Shown one piece after another: positions 37,061 to 50,597 of a stretch of DNA of 64,000 bases. This DNA comes from Saccostrea cucullata (lineage: Eukaryota): assembly GCF_032062105.1 (NCBI RefSeq), contig NW_026932596.1, positions 1 to 64,000 on the forward strand, given 5' to 3'. How positions within the stretch are numbered: the stretch's first letter is position 1; each line of letters opens with the position of its first letter. A program made the translations under genes and the position numbers. The notes below the pieces were generated by a model. It saw only the letters and a program-made list of their open reading frames with translations, made no database searches and had not been told where the DNA came from.

Positions 37061-38127
37061 CGAGGGTTGATCCAAAAGTATTGTCACAACGTCGATAAAA
37101 TCGCTATCCGTCTACGTAAAACAACAAAATTATAAATAATGAGAGCTACACTTATTTCAAATCAGACCTGAAGATTTCAATTCAACATGATTTATACTTT
37201 TTAAAATATCGGATTATATACAACGTGCGATTATGGTAGTCGCCGCACCAAAATAACGTCATATGACGGATACGCGCCGTCATACATTTAAACGCTTCAC
37301 ATCGTTTCATTAGAAAATATTTGAAATTTGATATCCACGTACACGTTCACAAATTTCACTTTTTTTTGCCCTTAGTATCCATCGTACACTCACTTTTTCC
37401 ATAACTAATTCTGTCAAAATTCATTGAACAGCGGTAAATGACCAATTTAAAATTTCACATATCGCTCTCTCCGTCTGTCTTTCTGACAACGTCACGTGCC
37501 ATTGAACATTTCCTTATGCCCTACCATCTTTCGGTTTTCTTGTCATCTGCTGAACATTTAATGACCCATTACCCACCAAAAATCGCTGAAACCATCTAAA
37601 CAAGTCTCTTATTTACATTCTTTCCTCCGAAAGTCTGGTGAATCAACGTAACTGTCTCTACTGGCGATTTCTTCATTTTGAAGCAAAAATACTTTACAGT
37701 TTGTTTTGGCTTTTTTGTCCATTTTGACATTTCCTTTTTTCGATGCACCGGAATAAATCAACGATGTTTTCATAATAATAGCAGTAATGTCATATAATTT
37801 TCAATCTAAGACTAGAAAATGATGTAAATTTTTGTCTTTTACAGTATTTTGCGTTTAGGCGCTTTTAAAAGATGATTTTTTAGTGTTTGTCTTTTTTATG
37901 CTAAAAAAAGTACACTTTAATTTGAGACGTTCGGTTTTGACGCGGCGACACCCCCTATCTTATATGTTTAAACATCTATAAAATAAATTCAGTTAAACAT
38001 TATTGAATGAAAAATTAAAATTTAATTAAATTTATATTTGTGCATCTTTTGGTATATAACATTTTATAATATGACGCCAAATATAAAAGATATAGACACT
38101 GTGACATTACTTTTGGATCAACCCTCG
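37061..38127 (-). mobile_element. Internally deleted mariner element
   Basis: TA|CGAGGGTTGATCCAAAAGTATTGTCACA ... TGTGACATTACTTTTGGATCAACCCTCG|TA. Minus-strand remnant ILTELVMEKVSVRWILR resembles the mariner KVSARWVP linker. The paralogous site (~22255) is empty. Confidence 0.9.
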
Positions 38128-38933
38128 TAGTAAGTCTTTATTATCATTCGGAACTCCGAAGTGAAAGGACTTATCTTTTTCATGGTAAGAATTTACACTT
38201 TTTTAATGAAATAACTAAGATATTGTGTTTGAAGAATAATTATTTCATTGCATGAAGTACATGTATCTACGATATTTAAGGTCTTCCGTTTCCGACGGAA
38301 GACCTTCTACTGATTCTGTTCTTGTTTCTTTTCCATTAATATTATTTTTTTTCTTACCGTTTTTTTGCAGAAGATTTCTCGAGAATGCCTCAACAGATTT
38401 TCATGAAACTTTCAGCAATGATGGAAAACTATATGAACTTTATTTTTTTTTATTTTGCCGTCATCACATATGGTCGCGAGATATGGCCAATTTTCTATTT
38501 TTGAAGTGTCATTTTGTCCAAGAGTGTTCTCGAAAACGGTTGGATATTGAGCCCTGAATCTTTCAGGGATGATAGATTGTAACTAAAGTAGAAATAAAAA
38601 GGATATAAAGATTTTGCTGCCGACACGTACTTTGTCCACCGGAAGTAGTTTAAAAATATGCAAAATGTTATTATTTTTTCTTTTTTAAATGTTTTTATGG
38701 AGCTAAAAAAAGTGTATCGAGTAATATTATGTCCACCGGAAGCTATTTTTTTCCAAACTGGAAGTTGTCCAAAAAAAAGAGCATTTTTCCACGAAATTAT
38801 CAGGGATGATACCTTCACACTCGAGAAGGAGTTATAGGCCATTTTAAGTTCTTCTGGTCACATCGAAAGTGAATTATAAAGACCGGCAGTTGTTTAAAAT
38901 TTATATATTTCATTCTTAAATGTGTTCTCATTA

Positions 38934-40636
38934 CGGAAGCGTGTCGCCCGCGTGGTGCAGTGGTTAGAGCGTCTGCTCTAAAGTCTCAAGGAAAAGAGTT
39001 GATCCTTACTTTGTGGGTTCGAATTCCACTGTAAGACGTGGAGATCCTTGATAAGACCGTAGGTCCGAGGCCCCGTGTCGCAGTAGGTGTTGGCACGAAA
39101 AAGATCCCTCACTGCTCAAAGACCCTGAGTGCCGAGCATAGGACAAAATTTGTAGCCCTCGACCGGCAAGTGGTGGCGTCTCCATATGAGTGAAAAATTT
39201 TCGAGAGAGACGTTAAACAACATACAATCAATCACTACGGAAGCGTATTAGTGCTGCGCAATATTTTTTTTTTAAGTTGGTAATTCCAACTTTAAAAATG
39301 GTAAATCCAACTTTAATATGGTAAATCCAACTTTAATATGGTAATTCCAACTTTAAAGTTGGTAATTCCAACTTTAAAGTTTGCAGTTCCAACTTTAAAA
39401 TTGGTGATTCCAACTTTCATCTTGGCTTTTCCACTTTTTTAGTTGGTAATTCCAACTTTCAAGTTGGTAATTCCAATTTAAATCCTTGCTTTTCCAACTT
39501 TAAAGTTGGTAATTCCAACTTTTAAGTTGGTAATTCCAACTTTTAAGTTGGAAATTCCAACTTTAATCTTGGCTTTTCCAACTTTAAAGTTGGAAATTCC
39601 AACTTTAAAGTTGGAAATTCCAACTTTAATCTTGGCTTTTCTAACTTTAAAGTTGGTAATTCCAACTTTAATCCTGGCTTTTCCAACTTTAAAGTTGGTA
39701 ATTCCAACTTTAATCTTGGCTTTTCCCATTTTGCCTTTTAAAGTTTAAGAAAGGATTTTATAGTTTATTTACTTATGAATTTTCTGCTTGTTAACACAAA
39801 AAATCCTGTATCCGCACCAGTACGGAATTGATACATTTAGTTATGTTGTATAAGTAGCAGAAAATGTTTCGTTTGATTAAATAAAATTTGATTACATTAA
39901 GTATTTAATTGCGGCCTAATTCTTTCATACAATACATAATAAATGGCTAATATCTGTTATTGGTTAAGTTGAAATCCTGTCATGTACGGAATACTGTGTA
40001 CATAATTCATATGAAGTCATTCTCAATAGAATTTACACAAGAGGTCTAAGAGGAATTATAAGGATTTCTAAGTAAAAATTGGAAGTTTCATATAAGGTCA
40101 TAAGGAAAATGTTTGTTTTAATTTTTTTACCTTTACCTTGTAAAGGTAAAAAAATTAAAAGAAACACAGATAAAAAGAAGTCAACAATTTATTTTAATGT
40201 GCTAGTATTTATTTTCCATTGTAAAAGTACCATATTATAAATCCCATAATCCCGTCCGCTCCCCCCCCCCCCCCCTATTTCGACCCGTTCCCCTAGATCG
40301 AAATGATAAATTGCTAACAAATCTATTTCAGTATGTTATTTTCACTTAAAAAAGGTTATGATACTTACAACAAAAGACAAAATAAGAAAAGCGGGTAGAA
40401 GAGCTCGAATAAAAGTTTGAAAAGCCAAGATTAAAGTTGGGAAAGCCTAGATTAAAGTTGGAATTACCAACTTTAAAGTTCGAAAAGCCAAGATTAAAGT
40501 TGGAATTACCAACTTTAAAGTTGGAAAAGCCAAGATTAAAGTTTGAATTACCAACTTTCAAGTTGGAATTACCAATTTAAGAGTTGGAATTACCAACTTT
40601 AAAAAAAAAGTATTGTGTGGTTCTAATACGCATCCG
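38934..40636. mobile_element. TA-TSD DNA transposon with inverted 21-bp minisatellite subterminal arrays
   Basis: TA|CGGAAGCGTATTAG ... CTAATACGCATCCG|TA. Arrays of TTCCAACTTTAAAGTTGGTAA / TTCCAACTTTAATCTTGGCTT at 39275-39725, inverted at 40415-40600. Confidence 0.8.
38943..39235 (+). mobile_element. tRNA-derived SINE with Deu/Nin-like domain, lacking the Meta-like segment
   Basis: A box TGGTGCAGTGG, B box GTTCGAATTCC. Body and tail closely match the 21133 SINE. 11-bp TSD TACGGAAGCGT (38932-38942 / 39236-39246). Confidence 0.9.
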
Positions 40637-42391
40637 TATCTAACGTATTTTTAAGAATTGCTATGGAACTTTTTTTTCATTTAATTTTTTTTTATGATCT
40701 TATCAAAAATCGAACTGTTGATCTACTCATTGCTCGCAACGGGATCTCATCTAATTATATTTCTATTATTATAACTTTGTTGTTACTTAATCCATGAAAT
40801 TTCCCTGGAAAATAATACATTAAGTACATACATGTACATGTATGTAGAACGATGCTACATGTAAAATATTAAATTTAAATAAGTGCACCATCAAATACTT
40901 CAAGCTCTGCAACATTTTGTTGGAATGTAAAAGACGAAAAATTGTTAATGGATGGATAATTATACAAGTCTCTTAAACGACAAAAAAATACACACACACA
41001 CAAATTATTTCTAACACGTTTTTTTTAAAAAAATGCACAAAAACATGTTAGAACTATATATAGGTTTGAGAATTATGAGCAGTGCTGCAGCTATTCAGGT
41101 AATTAAATACCTTTAGAACGAGTTTAATTGATTGTGTGATTTTAAATTTAAAAAATTACCAACTGTGTAAAATGTAAAAAATATACATTCAATTTTTTTT
41201 TAATTTTACGTGTACATGTATAAAGTCTATTATTAGAGAGGGAAAAATCCTTCCTTCGCCGTAACTAAATATATGTTTGCCATTCAGTATGATTAAGAGC
41301 CCCCCCCCCCCCTCCCCGCGCCTTTTCTCCCGAAATCAAATTCTTTGTTTTCAGTATGTTTTAATTAATATCTAATGTGTATTGTAAAACAAGAAAATCA
41401 GTCTTAAAACGAACATCAAACAGTCATTAAGCAATAATATTTCAAAATATACAGTAGATAAAGTAGTATTTTGAATTGACAGGGAGTACATGTATGTTTC
41501 AAATTCAAAATTAATCCTTTCGGGTATATTATCCCATTATTTTTTTTTCTACAGAAATGCGAAAATCATATGTAGAAATTATAGGGAAAATGTTAAAACT
41601 TCTTGGAAATACTAAGTGATTGTTTGTCTTCGGCAAGTTCGGTGAAACGAGTTTTTCTCACCTCCGCCGTGTCGAATGATTTTGATTGACAGGACAAACA
41701 GGTGGAGTTCGTGTGAACCGTGTGAACTTGATGAAAGAAAATAAAATCCGATGGTTACTGTCAAATGGATTTGCTTATCTTCAAAAACAGTTATGTTTCT
41801 GCGCTTAAATATGCAACTACTAAATGATATAGCAGTTTCTGAGAATTACAAGACATGTTTTATTTTTAGATCTTCACTAAAAGTAGTCAAAAATACTTGT
41901 GTTCATAAAATTTCAGTAACATTGCAATGCCATAAAGCCTTTTTTCTAAGATCTGGAATTTAAGGGGAAAGTTTAATAGGAAATGGAAGTAAAAGTTTCG
42001 TCTTTAATTTGATGTTTAACATGGATCATAAAGTGTAAGTCAATAAATTGGTATATATCTACAGGGCCGTTTTTTGCATAAAGAGAACCGTCAGCTCTTT
42101 GGCAAATTTTTCCATAGACATTAACGATAAATTTACTATAATTGCCAAGTATGATGATAGAATTCATGAAAATTAATGTATTTATAATTAAGGACCAACA
42201 TAGAATATTTCACTGCACAAAATCACTCTGTGTACAATTCTTTCGGTATCGAATTAAACATGGGGTTTTAACTGGATGTAGTTTGATTAGCATTATGGAA
42301 TCAAAATTTATTGTAAGACCTTAAACATTATTTAAAATACTTAAATATCGATCAAGACAAAAGAAAAAGGAGCTTAGGTGCGAATGTATAA

Positions 42392-42401
42392 GGGAATTCC
42401 C
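42392..42401. promoter_or_regulatory. Perfect NF-kB/Rel-type kB site GGGAATTCCC
   Basis: Exact palindromic kB consensus in non-repetitive DNA upstream of the GVIN1-like gene. Function not shown. Confidence 0.25.
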
Positions 42402-42624
42402 ATCGACAGTGAATTACAGAAATTCTCATTTCTCCATAAATTCCGTCAAACACTTTTTTCCTTAATGGTATTAGTTTTAAAGTCTCATTTATCTCGTGCA
42501 AACATTTGTGTGGAACATAGCTAATTATATATATATAAAAGGTGGTCATATGACACGCCTTCCTTCAAATATTGTTGTGAAAATTAGCGACATCAATCAA
42601 CCAAACTAGTAAGAGATTTATTAG

Positions 42625-42750
42625 GATTCGACACTCCAAACCACACTTCTAGTAGATATGATTTTTTTGCATAGAGCAGATTAATATTTCATCTGAATTA
42701 TGCAAGTAGTTGTAGAGTGTGTCGGTTATTAAGAAGCCTCGTCAGGGGCC
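42625..42750 (-). ncRNA. Degenerate hammerhead ribozyme (probably inactive)
   Basis: GGCCC-CUGACGA-GGCU..AACC-GACA-CACU...AGUGUC-GAAUC. The GAAA core is mutated to GACA and stems I and II are disrupted. Confidence 0.6.
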
Positions 42751-42901
42751 ACGGACATAAATCATGGTGTTTGTTTTAGGTGAGACCGGATTATTTCGTC
42801 ACCTATATTCTTGTGTTTGCTGTAAGCTATGGTTGGATGAGAATTAAATAAAGTTCTGCATTCTCGATTTCTAAGAATGGTGTCCCAGTATTTCAGAATT
42901 C

Positions 42902-45583
42902 CCCTTGCGAGGTGAAATTCAAAATTTCAGGAACTTTTATGAATCGTTCATTAACATTCATGATGTGTTCATTAAGATGGTTCATGACTGGTTCATTAAG
43001 ATGGTTCATGAACTTTATTCATGAATATATTGATAAAATGTAGTTCATGAACAAATGATGAAAATATATATGAATATTGGTAATTTTGATTTTAAAGATA
43101 GAAAAAATGTAGAGTTCAAGGTATTATGAATGTAAATGAATTTTCATTAAGACTAAAATAATTGACAAAAATTTTTGACAGAAAAACACTCAATACTCTC
43201 ATAATACAACGTTTACATGCAGATGCAATTGTTGAACAAGCCCCTGGTATAATTCATATTTAATAACATTCTTTCACCCTCTATCTGAAAAATAAATAAT
43301 GATATCTCTAAACATTTCGTGTTTTTATTTGATTTTAATTAAACAAACACTGCAGCATCATTGACAACATTTTTTTTTCAAATTGATTACTTATGCTTCT
43401 TCATAATGTAAATAAAACAATTATATTTATCATAATGTGCTTTAAATAATGTCATTTTTCCTCACACAACTTTGTTCGACCGAATTGTCTCTAACATCAA
43501 ACTTTTAACAAGTTGTTGGTAGATGAAACATTCTGGAAAAGGAACTTTGTGAGCTTCGTAAAAAACGTTTTATATATTCATTAACAACTAAAAATTAAAT
43601 CGCTTGTCTGTACTGTACCGCATTATTCCTGGATCGAAACGCTATATACATTTCAATTTTGGTGCAGTAAAAATGTAAAAAGTTTCCCTTGCCTCGTGTA
43701 TAAATGATAGAGCACAGACTGCATGGTTGTAAAATATCTTTGACATAATCCACATTCGTATTTTGTAGTTTAATTCTCCTATGCGTCTTCACAGTTCAGA
43801 ATATTCAGTCTGAGGGCGAGAGATTGTTATTATCATGTCATTTGTCCTCTGTTAATGGGGGCCTCCATACTTGCAATACGAAACAAAAAGTCTATACATG
43901 TATAATTGATGACGTAAAAAATTCGAATTCTTCATTGATAAAACTTACTTTGATATTAAAAATTGTATTTTGAGTGAAAAATTATCCAGATAGTGTTTGT
44001 TATTTTTTATATTAAAAAAAAAATCTTGGAAATTCGAAACTAACGTATTTTTAGCTCAATCGTACATTTTTGAATAGGCGCAAACTTGAAAACGCGCGAG
44101 ACGTTGGAAATTGGAATTTGTAGAGTGGAAGGATCGGCAGGCATATTTGTGATCTATAATTTGCATTGTCACTGATCTTTGTCAACTTTTTAAGAAAACA
44201 GAATATGAAGAAGAAAGACTATATATAGCCGTAATATGATCGATCTACTTCATAGCTGGTGAGTGACAAAAAATGGAGGCAATCACTGAGTCAGAAATCT
44301 GTCTGTAAATATTACTTTCTATTTGTAAAATAAAGTAATGTCTTTTTTTAATGAAAGTTTTGTCTAACTCTGCTTTGAGTTTGGATCCAGCCATATAACA
44401 TACATTAATTATAGACTGAGACTCAAAACATTCATAGGCCTGATTGATCTTCAAAATGGCGGTCAAAGAAAATAGGCTCAAATTACACTCAGAATATTTT
44501 AATTTGGAAGTGCCTCTGATGTAAAATTAAATTAAACTAAAATGCAAGAAAATACAAAAATGTCTTATGTTTTACAATCATGGGTATTTTCAGAAAATCT
44601 TTCTTTTTGAAGGAAGAAGAGAAGCAGTTCACAAATGTTTATGAGTAGCAGACAAAAAACTCTATCTGCAGAAAAACTGAGCTCTTGAAAAAGAAAGAAA
44701 AACAGAAATGAAAATACGAATGATATTCAATCAAAGGATCCAAGTGATGAAATTCTGGAAGTTCCACATGGAGAGACAATAAGGATTTTTGAATTGACCA
44801 TCTCAGCTCGAAATGCTTGAAAGTGCTTAAAACTGTTACCCTGGTGCTGTACAAACTTTTCTCCTAGACTGGAATTAAACACTGTTCAATTTCTGGCTTT
44901 TAAACACACTTTGAAACATGCTGAGGAAGGACCCACCTCTCCTCTTGACCAAGTTAAGTTAAACATTCTGCGCAGAGTTGCGTTTGAATTGAAATTTTTT
45001 ATACTTTTACCAAGAATGAACTACATTACTCATTTACTATGGTTTAATATGTCAAAATTGTCTATTTTAATTTTTTAACAAAGATTTTGTTGCAATGGTT
45101 GGAAAACAAACAACATTTTTTTGAAATCTCTCAAGATGCTATATTATAAAACATATACTTTACTTTTTTAGCAAGACTTCATGCATTTTCATGAATAAAC
45201 ATGACTAATAATATTGCAATTTTTGTTTGCAAATAAGCAAGAATATTCATGAATGCTAATGGTTCATGAATTTTATTCATTCATAAACATTCCTGAAAAA
45301 GATTATCAAATTATTCATGAACAGTTCATGAAGATCAAATGAACTTATTATTGGACATACTTGAGACGATGAATCTTCATGAATCTGACTCTTCATGAAT
45401 TATTCATGAAAAAAATATTCATGAATATTCATCAGTTTTCTTTCATGAATGAAAATTCATGATTTGAAAATGTCGAATAATAAGTTCATAAGATCTTCAC
45501 GAACATTTCATGAACATTTCATGAATAAAATACATGAAAAATTCAAGGAAATTCATGAATTATTCATTATCGTCTCGCAGGGG
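42902..45583. mobile_element. EnSpm/CACTA-like (CCC-terminal) non-autonomous DNA transposon
   Basis: TC|CCCTTGCGAG ... CTCGCAGGGG|TC, a 2-bp TSD confirmed by the uninterrupted paralog at ~50445. Dense TTCATGAA subterminal repeats at both ends. Confidence 0.75.
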
Positions 45584-48500
45584 TCGTTTTTTCAGTCCTT
45601 TAACGCAAGGGTTAAATTTAGTAACCAGTACTGTAGGGTTACGTAATGAATGTTCTTTAGTCTTTTTGATGATGAGTTTTGATCGGTTTGTGTTGACCTT
45701 TCCTTGATAATAGGATCAATTTCCGAAATAGTGTAACCTCGCTTTGATAGGTGTGTCTTAAAGTCATTAATTGTAGCATGTAATATTTCAGGGTCAGTAC
45801 TATTTCTAACTTGTCTAATGCATTCTTCTTTAATGAATCCTTGAAACACAGCTGGGCTTTGACGGCTCTGTCTGTGTAGATACTGAAAGTTATTTGTTGA
45901 TTTGATAAACGACTTGATATCAAGTTTGTTTACATTTTGAAATTTCTGCCCCTTATCAACTAGTATCAAAGAAGTTAACAGCAGATGGAGAAATTTCAAA
46001 TGTGAATCTAAGATGCTTGTGACAATGATTGCCAATATTGAAGAATTCTTCTATCTCTGGTTGCGTTCCGTTGAATATTATGAAACCGTCATCACGGTAT
46101 CTGCCGTGGAAGACAATTTTGCTAGCATGACGAAATTGTGCCATTATATGCTTTGTGATATGATATATTCTGATGTTACAGATCTCTGGACTGGGGACGC
46201 CCGCATACTTGCTCTTATTATTTGTTTGTAATGTTTTCAATAATAAATAAATGTTTTCGAAGACGCATTTCAGCAAGAAGTTGAGATCCTCAGGGTCAGG
46301 ATATGGAATGTCTAATTGCGTTTTATTTGCCTGTGTGTAAGCCTTATTTACTGATAAGAGAAGTTCGTTGAATTCCATGTTTGTGTACATGCTAGTCACA
46401 TCATAGGTAATTAATAATGCGTTTGTTGGCAATGTGAGGCCTTCGATTTTGGTGATAAAGTCCGTAGTAAGTGTATAATATAAGTTGATTGTTTCTGTAC
46501 AATGGGTACAAGAAAATAATCGCAATATCGTCCTATTTTCCTCGTTGGCGTATCGCATTGCGAGATAATTGGTCTACCAGGTGGTAATTTCCTAATGCTG
46601 CACTGACCGTTTATTAGAGCATTGTAAATGTTTGCTGGTATTTTGTGGGTTTAAGGTAAAAGGTGTAAAGGCCCACATTTGACATGTTTGATGAAGGTTT
46701 TTTTTGTCTTTAAGAAATTTGTAAGTTTCTTTGTCCAGTGAGCCATTTGAATGCATTTTGACAAGTTTATTTTGAATGTTTTCATGCAGTTTGAGCATGT
46801 AGTATTCAGATACTTGGATATGGTGTTTAGATTGCAGTTGGCTTTGTGCGTCTAAGACAAACTGGTCCTTGTTCATGATGACAATTGTGTTGCTTTTACT
46901 GCTTTTTTAATAACAATGTCGTTGTTATTTTTAAGAGATAAAATAGCTTCTCTTTCAGCATTTGAGATGATTGATCTCTTTTTTTACAATTTCCAAGGAG
47001 AAAAAGTTCCAGTTTTGTTTTATCTTTATATCCCTCGAGTTCGCTGCATGTCAATGGCGGTTTGACGCCAGATTTTGTTTTAAAGGGGTGAATGGCAATG
47101 TCGTCACCGGTATCAAAGTGGAATTTGCATCTGAGTTTTCTGACAAAATCTTCAAAATCTTTGCTTAGAACTGAGAGTTCATGTTGGGATAAGTTGTATC
47201 TTGATATTTTTAAAACAAACTTTTCCCCTTTGGCCGTAGTTTCCTTGCAGTGAGCTTTAACTCCCTAATCAAACTCATCAACTTGTTCTAGTATGCTGAC
47301 ATGCACAAGTGCCCTTTATTCTGTTACTATGTACCAACGTTTAAACAAGCTATCTCTCAAAAAGAATTCGACAACTATGTCAAACTGCGAATACATGGAT
47401 ATAATGAAGGACCAAGTCCCTTCTAACCAGGAACCAGTCATACACGATCTGGATATGTCCATCAACTGCCAGAGTCCGACAGAGTAGTGGCCACAAACAT
47501 CAAAATCGTGGTAAAAATCGAAGGAATCTCAACCAGCCGACTACTGTATGCCAAGCGTAAAAAAAGTATTTCCCATGGACTAAGCTCGGGCAGGTTTCCG
47601 TCTTGGTTTGGAGCCAAGCTCCATTGCAAACTCAGCCTCCCTAAAGAGGAAAACACAAAGTTTGCCAAATTCTTAAATGAATTGCAGCAGGAAACCATCA
47701 GTTCTTTTGGCAATTCTGTGATCAAATTCCTGGAACGTTCAATCGAAGAAAAAAAGAAGCAGAAAGCAACAGGCTTAGGTCAAATAAACTAAGACAAAGG
47801 CAAAAAGAATTGGACGGCTACACCTTTGCCACGGAAAAATCTAAGCTGGACGAGGTTTTCAAGGCCATCACTAAAACATACCTCAGAATTGCATGACCAC
47901 AGAGTCAAACTGCAGACTTTGCCAAGTCACCCGTCCAGACCTCGCCACGCAACCAACAAATCGGCAAGTAACAAATTTCACGACTGATCAAGGAATGAAA
48001 GCCATTACCAATACCGTGGTCACCACTATATGCAGAGAAAAAGGCAAAACTAACGCATCCTAATTAACTGGCGCTGAGTTTTAAACATCGAGCATATTAT
48101 GGACTTGCTTTACGAAACCTTTATACGATGTACAATGTACATAATGACGGACTTTTATTCACTATCATGCCTTTGGAGTACATTACCATGATTACTATTC
48201 AACAGACTTGCATTTATGTCTCTGTATATGATTTTACAATTAAATTATTCATGTAAACATCAATGCTAAGTTTCGCATCGATATGTTTGGTTTGAAATCG
48301 TATATTATTTGTGTCATTTTTGACAATCTTTTAACAAATAGTAATCCTCTTATTATCATCATACGATATTAAGATGCTCTTTGCCGCCTCTTTTATATGT
48401 CACTACGTATATCAGACGGATAATACATCTTCAAGAAATAATTACAATAAAACCATTTCACAAAACAGCCATCTATTGGCCACGCTCGTAAACAAAGAAA

Positions 48501-48789
48501 GCCCCCCCCCCCCAACTGACCATAACAATCACCAAAATGTGACTATCAGTTTCCTACAGCCACACCCTCTCGCCGTCCTCTAATCTATCAACACATTGAT
48601 AATTAGACGGATCTGCAATTTTATCAAAAATACTAATCGGTGTTCTATATCGCCTCTATACAAATATCTACCACCTTCTGCTTCTCTATATGAATGGCTC
48701 GACGACTAAATAGACGGAGAAAACAAAGTAAAAGTGCTAAACGCACCTGTAATTATCTACGGGGAGTTAAAGCTCATTGCAAAAAAAAC

Positions 48790-50586
48790 AATGACCACAG
48801 GGGAAAAGTTTGTTCGAAATCTATCAAGATACAACTTATCCGAACATGAACTTTTTTTTACTGAGCAGAGGCTTGAAATTCATTCAAACGCTTAAAAGCA
48901 ACTATGCTAAAAGCATACTTCTCAATGATATTGAAGAATTTGCTAGAAAACTCAGATGCAAATTCCACTTTGATACCGGAGACAACACTACAATTCACCC
49001 CTTTAAACCAAATCTGGCTACAAACCGCCATTTACATGCAGGGAACTCGAGAAATATATAGATAAAACAAAACTGGAAATTTCCTCAATGGAAATTATAA
49101 AAAAGAAATCGAACATCTCAGAGTCTGAAAAAGCAGCTATTTTATCTCTTAAAAATAACAACGACATTGTTATCAATAAAGCAGATAAAAGCAACACAAG
49201 GCCAACTGCAATCTAAAACTATATGCAAGAATCTGAACCCAACATGCTTAAACTGCATGACAGTATTCATAATAAACTTGCCGAAATGCATACTAATGGA
49301 TCACTGGCCAAAGACACATAAGTTCTTCAATGACAAAAAAAACCTTCACTCAAATGTGGGCACTTACACCTTTTTACCTAAAACCCACAAAATACCAGCA
49401 AACATTTTCAATGCTCTAATTAATGCTCTAATAAACGGTCAGTGCAGCTTTAGGAAATTACCACCTGGTAGACCTGGTAGACCAATTATCTCGCAATGCG
49501 ATACGCCAACGAGGAAAATAAGACAATATTTCGATTACTTTCCTGTACCCATTGTACAAAAACAATCATTTTATACTGAAGGCACCACGGACTTTATCAC
49601 CAAAATCGAAAGCCTTACACTGCCAACCAACGCATTATTAATTACTTATGATGTGACGAGCATGTACACAAACATGGAATTTAACGAACTTCTTTCTTCA
49701 GTGAATGAGGCTTACACACAGGCCAAAAAAACGCAATTAGACATTCCATATCCTAGCCCCGAGGATTCAAACTTTTTCCTGAAATGCGTCTTGGAAAACA
49801 ATTACTTTGAGTTTGATGGAAAATACTACAAACAAATGGGGGCAGTCCCCAGTCCAGAGATTTGTGACATCAGAATGTATCAAATCACACAGCATATATT
49901 GGCACAATTTCGTCATTCTCGCAAAATTGTCTTCCACGGTAGATACCGTGATGACGGTTTCATAATATTCAATGGAACGCAACCAGAGATAGAAGAATTT
50001 TTCAATATCGGCAATCACTGTCACAAGCATCTAAGTTTAACATTTGAAATGTTTCCATCTTCCGTTAACTTCCTTGATACTACAGTTTACAAGGGACCGA
50101 AATTTCAAAATCTTAACAAACTTGATATCAAATCGTTTATCAAACCAACAAATAACTTTGAGTATTTACACAGAAAGAGCGATCATAGCCCAGCTGTGTT
50201 TAAAGGATTCATTAAAGGAGAATGCATTGGAAATGCAAGAAATACTACAGACCATGAAATATTACATGCAACACTCAATGACTTCAAGGCTCACTTATCA
50301 AAGCGAGGCTATCTACTTCGGAAATTGATCCTACTGTCGAAGAAACGATCAACACAAACCGATCAAACACAATACAGAACAGCCATTACGTAACCCTATA
50401 GTACTGGTTACTAAATTTAACCCTTGCATTAAAGGATTGAAAAAACGAATTCTATAATATTGGAACACCATTCTTAGAAATCCAGAATGCAAAACTTTAT
50501 GTAACTCTCAACCAATCATTGCTTACAGCAAACACAAGAATAGAGGTGACGAGATAATCCGATCTCACCTAGAACAAACACCATGA
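48790..50586 (+). pseudogene. PLE reverse transcriptase, frameshifted
   Basis: ORFs 48810-49061 and 49167-50393 plus a frameshifted tail. RT motifs present, motif B partly deleted. Confidence 0.85.
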
Positions 50587-50597
50587 TTTATGTCCGT

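Larger units (their letters stand above)
38276..40755 (+). mobile_element. Helentron/HINE-type element (same family as 24084)
   Basis: 5' hairpin AAGGTCTTCCGTTTCCGACGGAAGACCTT; degenerate 3' end CTCATTGCTCGCAACGGG..CTAAT. Absent at the paralogous site ~22402. Confidence 0.75.
36853..41790. mobile_element. Second, right-truncated copy of the 22049 element, carrying four nested insertions
   Basis: TA|CAGTCCCTGACAGGTTCTACTTTGCC. Collinear with 22049-23390 once 37061-38127 and 38276-40755 are removed. Confidence 0.8.
42575..47265 (-). mobile_element. Penelope-like retroelement, 5'-truncated, frameshifted, inverted relative to the 47290 copy and interrupted by an EnSpm-like element
   Basis: ORF pieces 46592-46876, 45956-46558 (YDVTSMYTN, GRYRDDGF) and 45592-46035. 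The 3' repeat is the reverse complement of 50450-50770. Confidence 0.9.

Noticed and set aside
39478-40561. Repetitive ORFs (KVGITNF / IPTLKL repeats)
   Set aside because: Artefacts of a stop-free 21-bp minisatellite in transposon subterminal arrays, open on both strands.
44640-44960. Exon-like purine-rich stretch inside the EnSpm-like element
   Set aside because: Multiple stops and no recognisable transposase motif.
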